Positions 25,840-39,485 are shown, counted from the stretch's first letter. The stretch: DNA of 64,000 nucleotides from Malacoraja senta (GCA_038087875.1 CM075992.1:5210001-5274000), one strand, 5' to 3'. The notes: generated by a model not told the origin, from the sequence alone. Translations and numbers: made by a program.

Positions 25840-26490
25840 AGACAATAGACAATAGACGATAGACAATAGACGATAGACGATAGACAATAGGTGCAGGAGT
25901 AGGCCATTCAGCCCTTCGAGCCAGCACCACCATTCAATGTGATCATGGCTGATCATCCACAATCAGTACCCCGTTCCTGCCTTCTCCCCATATCCCCTGA
26001 CTCCGCTATCTTTAAGAGCCCTATCTAGCTCTCTCTTGAAAGCATCCAGAGAACCCGCCTCCACCGCCCTCTGAGGCAGAGAATTCCACAGACTCACAAC
26101 TCTCTGTGAGAAAAAGTGTTTCCTCGTCTCCGTTCTAAATGGCTTACTCCTTATTCTTAAACTGTGGCCCCTGGTTCTGGACTCCCCCAACATCGGGAAC
26201 ATGTTTCGTGCCTCTAGCGTGTCCAAACCCATAACAATCTTATATGTTTCAATGAGATCACCTCTCATCCTTCTAAACTCCAGAGTGTACAAGCCCAGCT
26301 GCTCCATTCTCTCAGCATATGACAGTCCCACCATCCCGGGAATTAACCTTGTAAACCTACGCTGCACTCCCTCATTAGCAAGAATGTCCTTCCTCAAATT
26401 AGGGGACCAAAACTGTGCACAATACTCCAGGTGTGGTCTCACTAGGACCCTGTACAACTGTAGAAGGACCTCTTTGCTCCTATATTCGAT
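25840..26490 (-). mobile_element. CR1 LINE 3' end with (ATTGTCT/ATCGTCT)n tail
   Basis: ORF 25963-26457 YRVLVRPHLEYCAQFWSPNLRKDILANEGVQRRFTRLIPG... Confidence 0.92.
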
Positions 26491-28832
26491 TCCTCTTGGT
26501 GACCGAAAGGTTCAGTGAGAGAGATGGGCAGCGAGGAGAACCGGGGAGGAAGTCCAAATCCTGGAGCTCTTCCAATGGCACTGTGGCAGTATTTCAACCA
26601 GGAGCAATCTATGAAGATAGACACAAAATGCTGGAGAAACTCAGTGGGTCATGCAGCATCTTTGGAGAAAAGGAGCAGGTGATGTTTTGGGTCTTCACAC
26701 TGAGAGGCAGGGAGAAGGAAACTAAAGGTATGAGAAGGTACAGGACAAGGCAGAGCCTGCATCAGGAATGGTGGAGCCCACAATGGGCCAATGTTGGAGA
26801 TGATCAAGATACCTTAGCAAAGGTGGATATGGTGGGGCAATGGTGTTTGTCTCTCAATGTCCAGATCATGAAAAGTAAATTCAAAAATAAGCTCCGACGA
26901 TGGGACTCCTGCAATTTGCAAAGATTTGCGCACTTTAGGAATACAGGCTGTTGTTTTGATTTGCATCATAATTTGGAGAGATGACATTGCAGTGCAATAG
27001 TGCAGATCTGATGCAGGATCAGAAATTCTCTACCCAAGGAGTCTCATCTTCCCATTTTACTGTTCCATCGGCACGATTTCATGAGAAATAGGTTCCTGGC
27101 CAACATTCCCCCCTTCAGGAACTGATAGCCGAGCTACATCCTTAGAGCTTCATAGACCCCGATTTAATCCTGGCCTCGAGTGCTATGTATGTGGAGTTTG
27201 CATTCTCCCTGTGACCTTTTGGGTTTCCTCTGGATGCTCCCATGTCCTCCCACTTCCCAAAGCCATGCAGGTTGGTAGATTAACTGGCTGTTGTAAAAGG
27301 CCTGTTTCCGCACTTGTATACTGCACGGTCAGTATTGCCTGTGTTGAGTATGCCTGTTCTTCATATGATTGTATGGCCGTTCTGGTTGCCTCCCACATCC
27401 CAAAGGTTCGCAGGTTGGTAGATTCATTGGCCACTGTAAATTATTGATGGGAATACTGGGAGAATAAAGTTGGATTCGTGTAGGATCTAAATAAATGAAT
27501 GCTTTGTCAGTGTGGACTTGATGGGCCGAATGGTTGGTTTCCATGCTGTATGACACAATCGCTCACAGATAAGACCATAGTCAGACAGCATGAAAACAGG
27601 CCCTTTAGCCCTATCTATCCATCCGAACATGGTGCACCATCTACACTAGTCTCATCTATCCATATTTGGCACATATCCTTCTTAATCATTTGTATCTTTG
27701 TACCTGTCCAAATGGCTTTTAAATGTTCTCATAGTAACCGCTTCAACAACCTCCTCTGGCAGCTCGTTCCATGTACCCACTACTCCCTCTGTGATCATGT
27801 AAGATTCTACATAGAACCATAGAAAATAGGTGCGGGAGTGGGCCATTCAGCCCTTCGAGCCAGCACCGCCATTCAATATGATCATGGCTGATCATCCACA
27901 ATCAGAACCCCGTTCCAGCTTTCTCCCCATATCCCGTGATTCCCTTAGCCCTGTTGGGGCAATAATGGAACCATTGCCTTTGCTGGCTTCTCCATTGTTC
28001 CGACACACCGCCCCAAAGTGTAGCCTCAACAGAGCTCGGGGAAAAGTGAATGACGGCCAGTACAGATCCAGGACCTCGGGAAAATCCCAACATTTTTGTT
28101 GGATCTAATGCTATCCGACCATGTCCAATTGCATTCCTCGGATATTTCCTTGGATCTGGCAGGACCGTCACTATGGGAACCGTATACCCTGGAGTCAAGA
28201 CAAAGCCAGTCACAGTGCAAGCTGCTCTCTAGGGTCACTGCGACATTTCTTGGGTTGTAATAAAAATCCAAGTGGATTGGCAGGAGTTTTCAAGAGCGTT
28301 TCAGGTGGATTTTCCACCAATGTTTGCCTGAACTTTATCACGTGGATAGATGTTCAGGGTTCATCATCATTTTAAACCAGAAATCCTTACCAGTGACTAC
28401 CTACCATTTCCTCACCGTTAGTCATTTTTTAATGTTTCCTCCCAACATTCCCTGATCAAAAAAAGAATCCTGCCTTTTGTGAAATTTCCACACCATGTAA
28501 TTTATTTTCCTTGTACGATTTGGGAATCTTGCCAAAATATCCATTGACTTGGCCTCCACAGCCTTCTGCGCCGATGAATTACACAGATTCATCGCCCTGT
28601 GACCGCGTGGGTTTTCTCCAGGCGCCCAGGTTTCCCCCCACATCCCAAAGAGCTGCAGCTATGTTGGTTAATTGTAAAAATTGCCCCCAAGTGTGTAGGG
28701 AGTGGCTGAAAAAGTGGGACGACAAAGAACTACTGTGAAGTGGTGATCGATGGTCAGCGTGGACTTGTCGGGCCAAAGGGCCTTTTCCACGTTGTTTCTC
28801 AGAACTAAACATTGGCACAACATCTAGGCTGG

Positions 28833-29316
28833 GCAACTAATATTAAAAATTACTACTGGGCAACTAATATTACAAATATAACTTTCTGGTTGGACGATAC
28901 ATGTCAACGTAAATTGGTTAAAAATGGAGAGGGAAGATTATTTGCCTTTTAGTATAGGCCAAATATGGTCTCTTTTCATTGAATTTCTTCAACAACATAA
29001 TGGTTGAACACAAATTCAAAACCGACGTCAGGGTCGGGTGAGCGGGCGTAGGGAAGGGTAGTGGGATATATCTCCGCCTTTTTCACTTCTTCGTTAGTTC
29101 AGGGGTTTTTTCTTTTTTCTCTTTTGTGTCTTTTTCGAAATGTTTTCTTTTCTTCTTCCTTTCACTTCTTTCCTTTTTCCGATTTAGTTATTAGTTTATA
29201 AAATGTTAAAATTGAAGCAGTAGGATAAATTGTATAATTGTTATGTCAATTACTTTCTCCTTGTACAATTGCTTCTAATAAAATTAATATTATTATTATT
29301 TTTTTTTTTAACAAAA
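28833..29316 (+). mobile_element. Truncated and internally deleted L1
   Basis: TSD aacatctaggctgg on both sides. Remnant YYWATNITNITFWLD..NWLKMEREDYLPFSIG is homologous to the L1 at 38 kb. It joins a T-rich 3' UTR with AATAAA. Confidence 0.7.
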
Positions 29317-29763
29317 AACATCTAGGCTGGCTGGGCAGGCACAATCTGCTCTGGAGACAGTGGCAGGGGCAGAGTGTGACTGGGGCGGTACACCCGACAT
29401 ACGGTAACGTTAGTGTCTGAAGACAAGCTCAGGGAGAACAGAAACCTCCCGTGGAACAGAAGGGCAAAAGCTTGTTTGATCTTGAGCCAAATACAAGCAA
29501 GTGGGACTTGTGTAGATAGGACATGTTGCTTGGTGAGGGCAAGTTGGGCCGAAGAGCCTGTTTCCATGCTCCCTATGACTTCCCGTGTTGAAGAAACTGC
29601 ATAAAACATTAGGCCGAGGCTCCATTTGCCTCAAGAGGTGTAAAGGATTGTGAGGAAGAGCAGGAGAGGTCTCCAACATTAATACTGATAGAAGAAGACA
29701 CATTATTGAATGCCAGACCAATCTCGCATTCAGCTTGTAAGATCTTGTCATGTGAGACCTTAC

Positions 29764-29877
29764 CTGAAGGGCACTTGCAGCTGAAGCCATTGACGATGTC
29801 TGTACATGCACCATTGTTGACGCATGGATTACTCTCGCACTCATCTATGTCGATCTGGCAGTAGATTCCCCTGAATC
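29764..29877 (-). CDS. notch3: Notch receptor internal exon (equivalent to NOTCH1 exon 9; end of EGF12 plus EGF13)
   Basis: 114 bp, tag|...|gtaag boundaries, phase 1-1. Translates to GFRGIYCQIDIDECESNPCVNNGACTDIVNGFSCKCPS(G). The VNGFSCxCPSG motif matches NOTCH3. Confidence 0.9.
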
Positions 29878-30149
29878 CTAGAGATGACAACAGAGCATAT
29901 TGTTGGTTTGACAACATTACGTAAACAGTCGGGGGAGCTGTGGCACAGCAGGAGGTCCCTGGGCAGAGTGTGTGTCACCTTAACCCTACCTCCTGCACTG
30001 GTCTGTCGCTCTGTGGGTTATGGATCTTCATGTACACACCCACGCTCTGTCTAACTATGACAATGCCTTCCACCCTTCCTGCCCCTTCAAGCAATGAGTC
30101 CCAGACTCCCACAGAGTCTGTGTGTGTGTTAGCGGTTTCCTCGTCTCCC

Positions 30150-30570
30150 TGCCAACCCATTTACAAGCTGCTCCAAATCTGTGCCCCTGATGCTTGACCC
30201 CTCTGCTAAGGATATACCGTACACTGCAAGGGCCAGGAAGCGAGCGGGTATGATCATCTCTGACCCCTCTCACCCTGGCCACAAACTCTTTGAATCACTT
30301 CCCTCTGACTGTCAAAGCTGCCACAGCCAGACATAAAAACAGTTTTTATCCACGAGTAGTTGCTCTACTCAATAACCAAAAATCTGTAGCCCCTTTCGCT
30401 CTGGTATTTTATTTAATTCAATGTTTAATCAATAATGTTTTATTATTAATGTTTAATGTTTCATGTGTCATTCCTAACTTTCACTGTATGTCGTTGTCAC
30501 TTGCGGGCGGAGCACCAAGGTAAATTCCTTGTATGTGAATACTTGGCCAATAAACTTATTCATTCATTCA
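30150..30570 (+). mobile_element. Rex/Babar-like LINE 3' end
   Basis: HPGHKLFESLP...ATARHKNSFYPRVVALLN-like terminus, a stem-loop with aataaa, and a (ttca)n tail. Confidence 0.65.
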
Positions 30571-31470
30571 TATGCGCCCAACATATCATATTCCCTACAA
30601 AACTGGTACACCTCAATTAAGTCTGCCCTCGGCCTCCTCTGGTCCAAAGAACATAAATTGATACTGGTGATATATATGTATAAATATGATAATGATATAT
30701 TATTGCCATGTGCACTGGGATATAGTGAACTTTTGTTTACAAGCTATGCAGTAAAATCAGATAACACTACACACAGGTACAATCAATCCATTCACCAGTC
30801 CAACAGGTAGCGAATAGCAAAATATGGTTAGTCAGTGCAGCATATAGTTTCTCAGTGTGACAGTTCCAGAGAAAATGTCCAATGTTCACAATGAAGTTGG
30901 TTGGGGGAAAACAAATCATTCTGCCCGAGTTATGCGAAGACCGCTCAGAGGTCCAACACCGCCAGGGAAGACCCTGTTCCCGAGTCTGGCGGTACATGCT
31001 TTCAAGCTTCTGTCCCTTCTTTCCATTGGGAGCAGGGAGAAGAGGGAATGACTGGGGTGGAAATGACCCTGGATCAGGTTGGCTGCTTTCCCATGGGAAC
31101 ACGAGTATACATGGTGGGGAACCTGGCCCAGTCTATTCATAGGTTCTAGGAGCAGAATTAGGCCATTCGGCCCATCAAGTCTACACCACCATTCAATCAT
31201 GGCTATTCAATAATTCAACTGGCTGCTCCAAACAACATCTGTGCAGATGTTCTCTACACCCTCTCCCATGGATTCACATCTCTCTTGTAATGTGACCATA
31301 TTTACATGATTTGAAATGTTTATATTCATACTCACACATGTACATACATCAGCAATAATGACACAGAATGGCTGTTTCAAGCACAAGAGCATTTGATGAT
31401 CCAAACTTGATAAGCAATGACGAGTTTAGACTGGCTCTCGATTACATTGTGTCCGGACCCAGCTGTTTCC

Positions 31471-31645
31471 TCACTTGCCCCATTTCACTTGCCCCATTTC
31501 ACTTGCCCCATTTCACTTGCCCCATTTCACTTGCCCCATTTCACTTGCCCCATTTCACTTGCCCCATTTCACTTGCCCCATTTCACTTGCCCCATTTCAC
31601 TTGCCCCATTTCACTTGCCCCATTTCACTTGCCCCATTTCACTTG
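31471..31645. repeat. Perfect 14-bp minisatellite (tcacttgccccatt) x about 12.5
   Basis: Uninterrupted identical units. Confidence 0.97.
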
Positions 31646-31999
31646 GTTTTGTCTCGAAGCGACAATGATTTCAACAATGACGCACATCCCTTCCCCACAT
31701 CTTTTACTCTTCATGCTTCCACCCTCACTTTGCTCCCAGTTCTTGCTCAAAACCCGTTTAATTTCCAATACATCCCTAATCTTCCAATGGGCCTGGACCT
31801 GCAAGAATAATCCTTGCTTCTCTCTCCATAGTTGTTTGCATGACTTGCTGTTTATAACATTTTATTGTGGATATGCAGTCTTGGTAAGGTCCGACTTAAA
31901 TTGCAACTCTGTGGCAAGGCAGATAATGCAATACTTGGCCTCTGTTGTAAAGTTTTAGGCCATGCCATCAACGTGAAATGCTGGCCTACCTGCCCCTCA

Positions 32000-32032
32000 A
32001 CACACACACACACACACACACGCACACACACG

Positions 32033-32126
<94 letters not shown>
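32000..32126. repeat. (CA)n microsatellite
   Basis: About 63 dinucleotides with three CG interruptions. Confidence 0.98.
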
Positions 32127-32130
<4 letters not shown>

Positions 32131-33026
32131 GAATCTCACACACACTCAATCACATACAGGCACACTGACTCACTCATACGTTGTTTAGTTTAAAGATACA
32201 TCGTAGGAACAGGCCCTTCGGCTCCACGCCGACCAGCGATCCCCACACACTATCACTATCCGCGAGGGACAATTTACAATTATGCCAAGTCAATTAGCCT
32301 ACAAATCTGTACATCCTTGGAGTGTGGGAGGAAACTGGAGTTCCTGGTGAAAACCCACGTGGTCACGGGGAGAACGTACAAACTCCGTACAGACAGCACC
32401 CGTAGTCAGGATCGAACCGGGGTCCCTGGCACTGTAAGGCAGCAACTCTACCGCTGCGCCAGCGTGCCGCTGCATCACGCACACACTTGCACTCACACAC
32501 AAACAGCGATCCTGTCACTCACACTGTCTCTCTCTCTCTCTCTCTCTTTTTCACACACACACACTCACGTGACTCTCACCCACACTCAGGCAAATGCACA
32601 ACCCATTCTGAAACCTGGTCGAGAAGGAATGAAAGCGAGGGATCAACACACCCGATCAGCAGAGAGTGGGAAAAAACTGTGGGTGTGTGAACAATCTGAG
32701 GAGCTCCTTCCAAATCACCACCATCAATAAAAAGGCAATTATTACTATTAAGCAATTTTGTTGGTCATATGAACTCAGATGCAATTTTTAGGTTCATTTC
32801 ACAAGTTAATTGGGAACAAATGTTGGCAGTATTTTACCAGCATGTGGTCCTAATGAGGTTTTGTCAGTGTCAGTTATTGGTTGTAAACTCAATACAGTGG
32901 TGCAGATTAGAACATCGTGAGATAGCTTCAGTGAGATGGCAGTGAGCCCATTTTACATCCCTCCTTGATTTTCATTTTCAATCACTGATAGAGAGTTGGA
33001 AAATGAACTGGCAAAGTCTTTACTGA

Positions 33027-33346
33027 TAGCCCTGTCCCACGGTACGAGTTCATTCCAAGAGCTCTCCCGAGTTTAAAAAAAATCAAACTCGTGGTAAGCA
33101 CGGAGAATGAACGTAGCGGGTACGTCGGAGCTCGGGGACGTCTCTTAGCGCTAACGGCAGGTACTCGGGAAGACTCGCTAACGGCAGGTAAGCACGGGAA
33201 GACTCGTGAAGATTTTTCAACATGATGAAAAATGTCCACGAGAGCCCCGAGTACCGACAAGTGGCCATTACCGTTAATCTCCGAGTTCGAATCAGGGCAA
33301 ACTCGGGAGAACTCTTGGAATGAACTCGTACCGTGGGACAGGGCTT
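33027..33346. mobile_element. Harbinger-like MITE, family A
   Basis: TIRs AGCCCTGTCCCACGGTACGAGTTCATTCCAAGAG. Near-identical to 478-799. Confidence 0.85.
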
Positions 33347-33576
33347 TAACTTATCTTGGCTCCATGCTTAGCACAGACTTGCACCTTTACTGAACTTTTC
33401 TACGTTTTAAAAGTTTAGCAAGAAATGGGAGCAGAATAAAAAAGCAAAATTCTGGTAACATTCTTTGTTTTAAGATTGTAGGAGGGAATTTAGGGTTGAG
33501 GAAAGTTAGTAATTCCTGAACCAAGCTGAACTAGACTGCTTGGGCTAATACTGGCAGATTCATTAGGAATGACATG

Positions 33577-33772
33577 TTTAAGAAGGAACTGCAGATGCTG
33601 GAACAATCGAAGGGAGACAAAAATGCTGGAGAAACTCAGCGGGCGAGGCAGCATCTATGGAGCATCTATGGAGCAAAGGAATGGGTGACGTTTCGAGACC
33701 CGAAACGTCACCCATTCCTTCGCTCCATAGATGCTGCCTCACTCGCTGAGTTTCTCCAGCATTTTTGTCTAC
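33577..33772. mobile_element. Penelope-derived fold-back insertion
   Basis: Palindrome centred on gacgtttcgagacccgaaacgtc. TSD ttaggaatgac(a/g)tg. Confidence 0.8.
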
Positions 33773-34237
33773 TTAGGAATGACGTGCATCACTCTTAATA
33801 AAAGGCCATGAACAAGTTTACACTTGAAATGCGATTAAGGTGAACAGGTCATTGTCTCGTGGGGCATAAACTAGGAGGAGAGGCAGGGATGCAGATACAA
33901 TTCATCTTTCATTTTACACATGGATATCCTGTTCGGTCATTCTGACTAAAGAAATGTCTCCTCATCTGTGGCCATCTATGTTCTATCTTTCAATCAATCA
34001 GAAAAAGCTAAAGTGCCAGAGTTACATTGCTTTGAAGGACACGTTACCAGTAAAGCCACATGGTTTCACTTCTTCTTCTTGCGAATGAAACATAATCCAA
34101 AGGAATAGTTAGATCTCAAGCCGGGTGTCGAGCAGCCAGGTTGTTGTCTCTACGTCAATGTCTGCCAGGCCCTGACAGAGCTCCATTTGGTGGGTGGTAG
34201 AGCGGGCACCCAGAGATGACATGGTTGGCTATATGTT

Positions 34238-34442
34238 TAAGAAGGAACTGCAGATGCTGGAAAATCGAAGGTACACAAAAATGCTGGAGAAACTCAGCGG
34301 GTGCAGCAGCATCTATGGAGCGAAGGAAACAGGCAACGTTTCGGGCCGAAACCCTTCTTCAGACTGATCAAACGTTACCTATTTCCTTCGCTCCATAGAT
34401 GCTGCTGCACCCGCTGAGTTTCTCCAGCATTTTTGTGTACCT
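34238..34442. mobile_element. Penelope-derived fold-back insertion with an intact hammerhead-like core on the minus strand
   Basis: Minus strand 34362-34334 reads CTGAAGA-A-GGGTTTCGGCCC-GAAACGTTG. TSD atggttggctatatgtt. Confidence 0.8.
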
Positions 34443-34921
34443 ATGGTTGGCTATATGTTGTTCTGCTCCACATTCACAGGCTGGTTTCACTGTGATGCGA
34501 GTAGTCATTAGAGACTCTTCCACAACATCAGCTTTGTGGAAGAGAACATTGCTTACTAAGCATGCCACAGGCAAGCTTTATACACCAAGAGAATAGAGAA
34601 AAAGCTGTAAAAAAAATCCTGATTATTCTGGTGGTCTGAATCGGGCAATTCAAATGGGCTGGAACACAAAAGCGAGGTTACGGTATGTGGGTGGAGGGTA
34701 AATAATACGGAAATTAAGACACAGAAGCAAAGTATGCAACTCCCAGTGATCACACCAGCCAAAGCTGGAAGACAGGTTCATCTCACATCCCAGTGCAGGT
34801 GCCGGGGTCAGTAGGTTGCATAGAAACGTGGAAAATAGGTGCAGGAGTACGCCCTTCGAACCAGCACCACCATTCAATATGATCATGGCTTATCATCCAG
34901 AATCAGTACCCTGTTCCTGCT

Positions 34922-35122
34922 TAAGAAGGAACTGCAGATGCTGGAAAATCGAAGGTACACAAAAATGCTGGAGAAACTCAGCGGGTGCAGCAGCATCTAT
35001 TGAGCGAAGGAGATAGGCAACGTTTTGGACCGAAACTGAAGAAGGGTTTCGGCCTGAAACGTTGCCTATCTCCTTCGCTCCATAGATGCTGCTGCACCCG
35101 CTGAGTTTCTCCAGCATTTTTG
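34922..35122. mobile_element. Penelope-derived fold-back insertion inside a CR1 tail
   Basis: TSD gtaccctgttcctgct. Plus-strand motif ctgaagaagggtttcggcctgaaacgtt at 35036-35063. Confidence 0.8.
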
Positions 35123-35190
35123 TGTACCCTGTTCCTGCTCTCTTCCCATATCCATTGATTCCGTTGGCCCCAATACATCAAGAGAGAGTT

Positions 35191-35487
35191 AAGCCAGTCC
35201 CACTTTCCCGAGTTACTCACGAATTCTCCCGAGTTTTCCCCTTGACTCAAACTCGGAGATGCCAGCCGTAGGTACTCGGGGCTATTTTATTTTACTCGTG
35301 GACATTTTTCAACATGCTGAAAGAACGTCCCGACTTACCTGATGCCCCGACTATCTATGGCTGGCATTACGAGCCACTACAAAATATCCACGGACTCCTA
35401 CGGCCTCCTACGGACATTCTCCGCGTTTGAATCAAGGGGAAAACTCGGGAGTATTCGTGAGTAACTGGGGAAAGTGGGACAGGCTCT
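35191..35487. mobile_element. Harbinger-like MITE, family C
   Basis: TIRs gtcccactttcccgagttactcacgaat / attcgtgagtaactggggaaagtgggac. Confidence 0.75.
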
Positions 35488-35591
35488 TTAAGGAACTTAA
35501 GGAAAGGTCGCTTCATAAGGAGAGGACCTACCTCTTTATAGCAGCTGAATTAAGTTGGCATTTGGGTATCTAACCTGTCCTGCCCCTGTAA

Positions 35592-35911
35592 AAGCCCTGT
35601 CCCACTGTACGAGTTAATTCCAAGAGCTCTCCCAAGTTTAAAAAAAATCAAACTCGAGGTAAGCACGGAGAATGAACGTAGAGGGTACGTCGGAGCTCGG
35701 GGACGTCTCTTAGGGCTAAGGGCAGGTACTCGGGAAGACTCGCTAATGGCAGGTAAGCACGGGAAGACTCATGAAGATTTTTCAACATGATGAAAAATGT
35801 CCACGAGACCCCCGAGTACCGACGAGTGGCCATTACCGTAAATCTCCGAGTTCGAATCAGAGCAAACTCGGGAGAGCTCTTGGAATGAACTCGTACCGTG
35901 GGACAGGGGTT
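35592..35911. mobile_element. Harbinger-like MITE, family A
   Basis: Same TIRs and body as 33027-33346, flanked by TAA/TTA. Confidence 0.85.
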
Positions 35912-36589
35912 TTAATCGGGAGACAAGGTCTTCCTATTACAGCGCAACTGAATACTGTTTAAATGTACTGTGTTTCTGTCTCCCCACCTTGACAGGAAGT
36001 ATCTACACTCACCAGCCCCTCGCACCCCACAAACTCTTGTATATTTCACTCAAATCATATCCCCATCCTTAAACTACCTACTCATGAGACAGGTTTGCTC
36101 TCCTTTGCCTGTCTAAACCAGCCCTGGCACTGTCCGCTTCCATCTCTCTCAACCTTCTCTCTCAACCTTCTTGCTTCCTCCAGAACTCCAGCGTGTCTAC
36201 TTCCTCAGGAGAAGAAGAAAACTCTCCATGTCTCCAACGACTCTTACCAACTTCTACAGATGCACCATAGAAAGTATACTATCAGGGTGCACCGCAACTT
36301 AGTTTCGCAACAGCTTTGCCCAAGACCCCAAGAAATTGCAGAGGGCTGTGGATGTAGCCCAGTCCCATCAGACAGACCAGACTCCCACACCATCGACTCC
36401 ATCTGCAGTTCACGGTGCCTCGGGAAAGCAGCCAAGGACAGTGAGAAAAGACAATAGACAATAGGTGCATGAGTAGGCCATTCGGCCCTTCGAGCCAGCA
36501 CCGCCATTCAATGTGATCATGGCTGATCATCCCCAATCAATACCCCGTTCCTGCCTTCTCCCCATATCCCCTGACTCCGCTTTTTTTAA

Positions 36590-38266
36590 ATTTTTTTAAA
36601 ATATTTTTTGATTAGAAGTATTGTACAGTACAGTGATCTCAAACAAACATAAAATTATACATTTCTTGTACCACTTCTTATTTTAAACTTTAATAAGAAA
36701 AAGGATAGAGAGAGTTAGCAGAGATAGTAAGTGAGTGAGTGAAAGAGTGGTCCAGGGACACCCATAGGGACCTAAACCACAAGAAATAGTTAAACAAAAG
36801 AGAAAAACCAAAAGAAGGGGAAAAAAATAAATAAAAAAATAGTAAGATAAGGTAGGACAAGATAAAAGGGATGTACCTACTTCATATCTTTACTCATCCC
36901 TCACCAGGTCCTGAAACCATGTATTTTCAACATTTTGTTGCACCCTATATTTGTAATAAGTCGATAAATGGAGACCAAATCTTTTGGAAATGGTCTGGTT
37001 TACCTGCTAAGAGGAATCTCATATCTTCTAGGTGTAACAGTTCCGACATATTAGAAATCCGCGTTTTTGTCGTTGGTGTGGGAGCGCTTTTCCAAAATTT
37101 CAGTATAAGTTTTTTTGCCGTTATTAAGCCATAATTAAGAAAGCTCCTTTGAAACGAAGACAGCTCCAAACTGGCTTCGATTATTCCAAAAATAATCAGT
37201 TCTGCATTCGGTTTCAATTTTATTTTAAATAATTTCGTGAAAATTTCAAAGATTTCATTCCAAAGTTTTTGGATTTTAATACAAAAAACAAATGAATGTG
37301 CTATATTTGCTTCTTGGGTTAGACATTTATCACAGATAGAAGAGACATTTGGGTAAAATTTACTTATTTTAGCTTTTGAATAGTATAATCTATGTAAGAT
37401 TTTAAATTGAATTAGGATGTGTCTTACGTTAATCGAGCATTTGTGTACATATAACAAGTGTTTATCCCAACTCTCTTTCGAGATTTTTATAGCTAGTTCT
37501 TGTTCCCAATCTCTTCTAATCCTATCAGATGATGGTATTTCTATATTTATGATGGTATTATACAGGTATGATATTAAATTAGTTGATTCTGCTTTTATAT
37601 TCATTGTCTCGTCTAATAAATCTGGAGACATATTTTGATAATCTTGTGTATATTTTTTCAAATAGTCACGTATTTGAAAAATATTTAAAATATTGATTAC
37701 TACTCAAATTGTATTTAAGTTGTAGTTGGTGAAGTGTTAAAAAACTTCCATTATCATACATATCTCCAAACGTTTTAATTCCTACTCTATCCCAGTGTGT
37801 AAACGATTTATCTATCGAAGAAGGTTTAAACGAAGGGTTATTCATTATAGGTGAAAGTAGCGATAGATTTCTTAATTTTTAAGTTAATTTTATTTGATTA
37901 TTCCAAAAATAATCAGTTTGGAATCCTCTCTCTCCATTACTACAATCCTCTCTCTCCATTACTATCCAATCCACCTGCTGGGCCGAATTGTCCAACAGGT
38001 GAATCATATTTTTGACATTAGCGGCCCAGTAATAATACAAAAAATTAGGGAGTGACAATCCACCAAATTCTTTGGGTTTGCACAGATGTCTTCTTTGAAT
38101 TCTATGGGATTTATAGTCCCATATAACATTTGTAATATCAGCATCCAATTTTTTTTTAAAAATGTTGGTAAGTATTTCAGTATTGACTGGAATAGATATA
38201 AAATTTGTGGTAAAAAAATCATTTTTATAGCATTTATTCGGCCTATTAGAGACATCGGGAGAGACA
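36590..38266 (-). mobile_element. 5'-truncated L1 LINE (ORF2 C-terminal part plus 3' UTR) inserted in a CR1 tail
   Basis: Motifs GRINAIKMIFLPQILYLFQ, GGLSLPNFLYYYWA, QFKILHRLY and the Cys-rich CDKC...HSFVFC. A-rich tail. TSD about ccgct(a/t)tttttaa. CR1 sequence lies on both sides (36449-36580 and 38267-38508). Confidence 0.9.
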
Positions 38267-39076
38267 CCGCTATTTTTAAGAGCCCTATCTAGCTCTCTCT
38301 TGAAAGCATCCAGAGAACCCGCCTCCACTGCCCTCCGAGGTAGAGAATTTCACAGACTCACCACTCTCTGTGAGAAAAAGTGTTTCCTCGTCTCCGTTCT
38401 AAATGGCTTACCCCTTATTCTTAAACTGTGGCCCCTGGTTCTGGACTCCCCCAACATCGGGAACATGTTTCCTGCCTCTAGCGTGTCCAAACCCTTAACA
38501 ATCTTATATGCTTCAAAAGAGAGTGCGGTCTTATGCAGAGAGACAGACAGTGGGGCAACAAGCTGAAGAGAGGGTTCCCAAGCCGAGAGTGGGCCCATGT
38601 TGTAGATGCAGGGTGGGACGGTGCAGGGAAGGGCAGAGAGGGCTGCGCATGTCACCCTCTGCGTGCTCATGTTTGCGTCTCAGTAACAGTGACGTAATTT
38701 CTCCCCCTCTACTTTTCCGGCCCGCCTCTCTTTTCCCTCACCCCCCCTCCCCCCCCCCCTCCTCTTCCACCCCACAACTTTCACGCAAACACTGCTCCAA
38801 GGCTGAGGGGACTCCCCACGGGGTTAGGTGGAGTGGAGAGTGCCCTTGCTTAGGGCGGCAAAGTGTTGCTGCCTCACAGCTCAACAGAACCAGGTTCGAT
38901 CCTGACCTCGGGTGCTGCCCGCGGGGAGTTCGCACGGTTGTCCCTATGGTTTGTCTCCGGGTGCTCCGGTTTCAATAGACAATAGGTGCAGGAGTAGGCC
39001 ATTCGGCCCTTCGAGCCAGCACCGCCATTCAATGTGATCATGGCTGATCATCCCCAATCAGTACCCCCGTCCTGCC

Positions 39077-39276
39077 NNNNNNNNNNNNNNNNNNNNNNNN
39101 NNNNNNNNNNNNNNNNNNNNNNNNNNNNNNNNNNNNNNNNNNNNNNNNNNNNNNNNNNNNNNNNNNNNNNNNNNNNNNNNNNNNNNNNNNNNNNNNNNNN
39201 NNNNNNNNNNNNNNNNNNNNNNNNNNNNNNNNNNNNNNNNNNNNNNNNNNNNNNNNNNNNNNNNNNNNNNNNNNNN
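39077..39276. other. Assembly gap (200 N)
   Basis: Run of exactly 200 N, probably a placeholder size. Confidence 0.98.
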
Positions 39277-39485
39277 GAAGGGCCTGTTTCCGCGCTGTAT
39301 CTCTAAAACTAAACTGAACAGTGTTCTTGATGGGTGACGAGCAAAGCGATGGGGGGATGGTGAACGAGGGGAGGTGGGGGGGTTGGTAAATGTACAGATG
39401 GGCGAGGCAGGATTTAGAAAGAAGGTGATCTTACAATCCAGCTGTTCCCTGCAGCTGTTTGAGAGGCTAGTGTAAGGTGTTAACG

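Noticed and set aside
27950..28410. Unassigned segment with short ORFs on both strands
   Set aside because: No recognisable domain, splice structure or repeat hallmark, so no call can be supported without a search.
31368..32193. ORFs with FHLPHFTCPISLAP or HT/CV repeats
   Set aside because: They are translations of the 14-bp and (CA)n repeats.
36945..37661. 238-aa ORF as a host gene
   Set aside because: It is the C-terminal part of L1 ORF2 in a truncated, frameshifted copy with TSDs.
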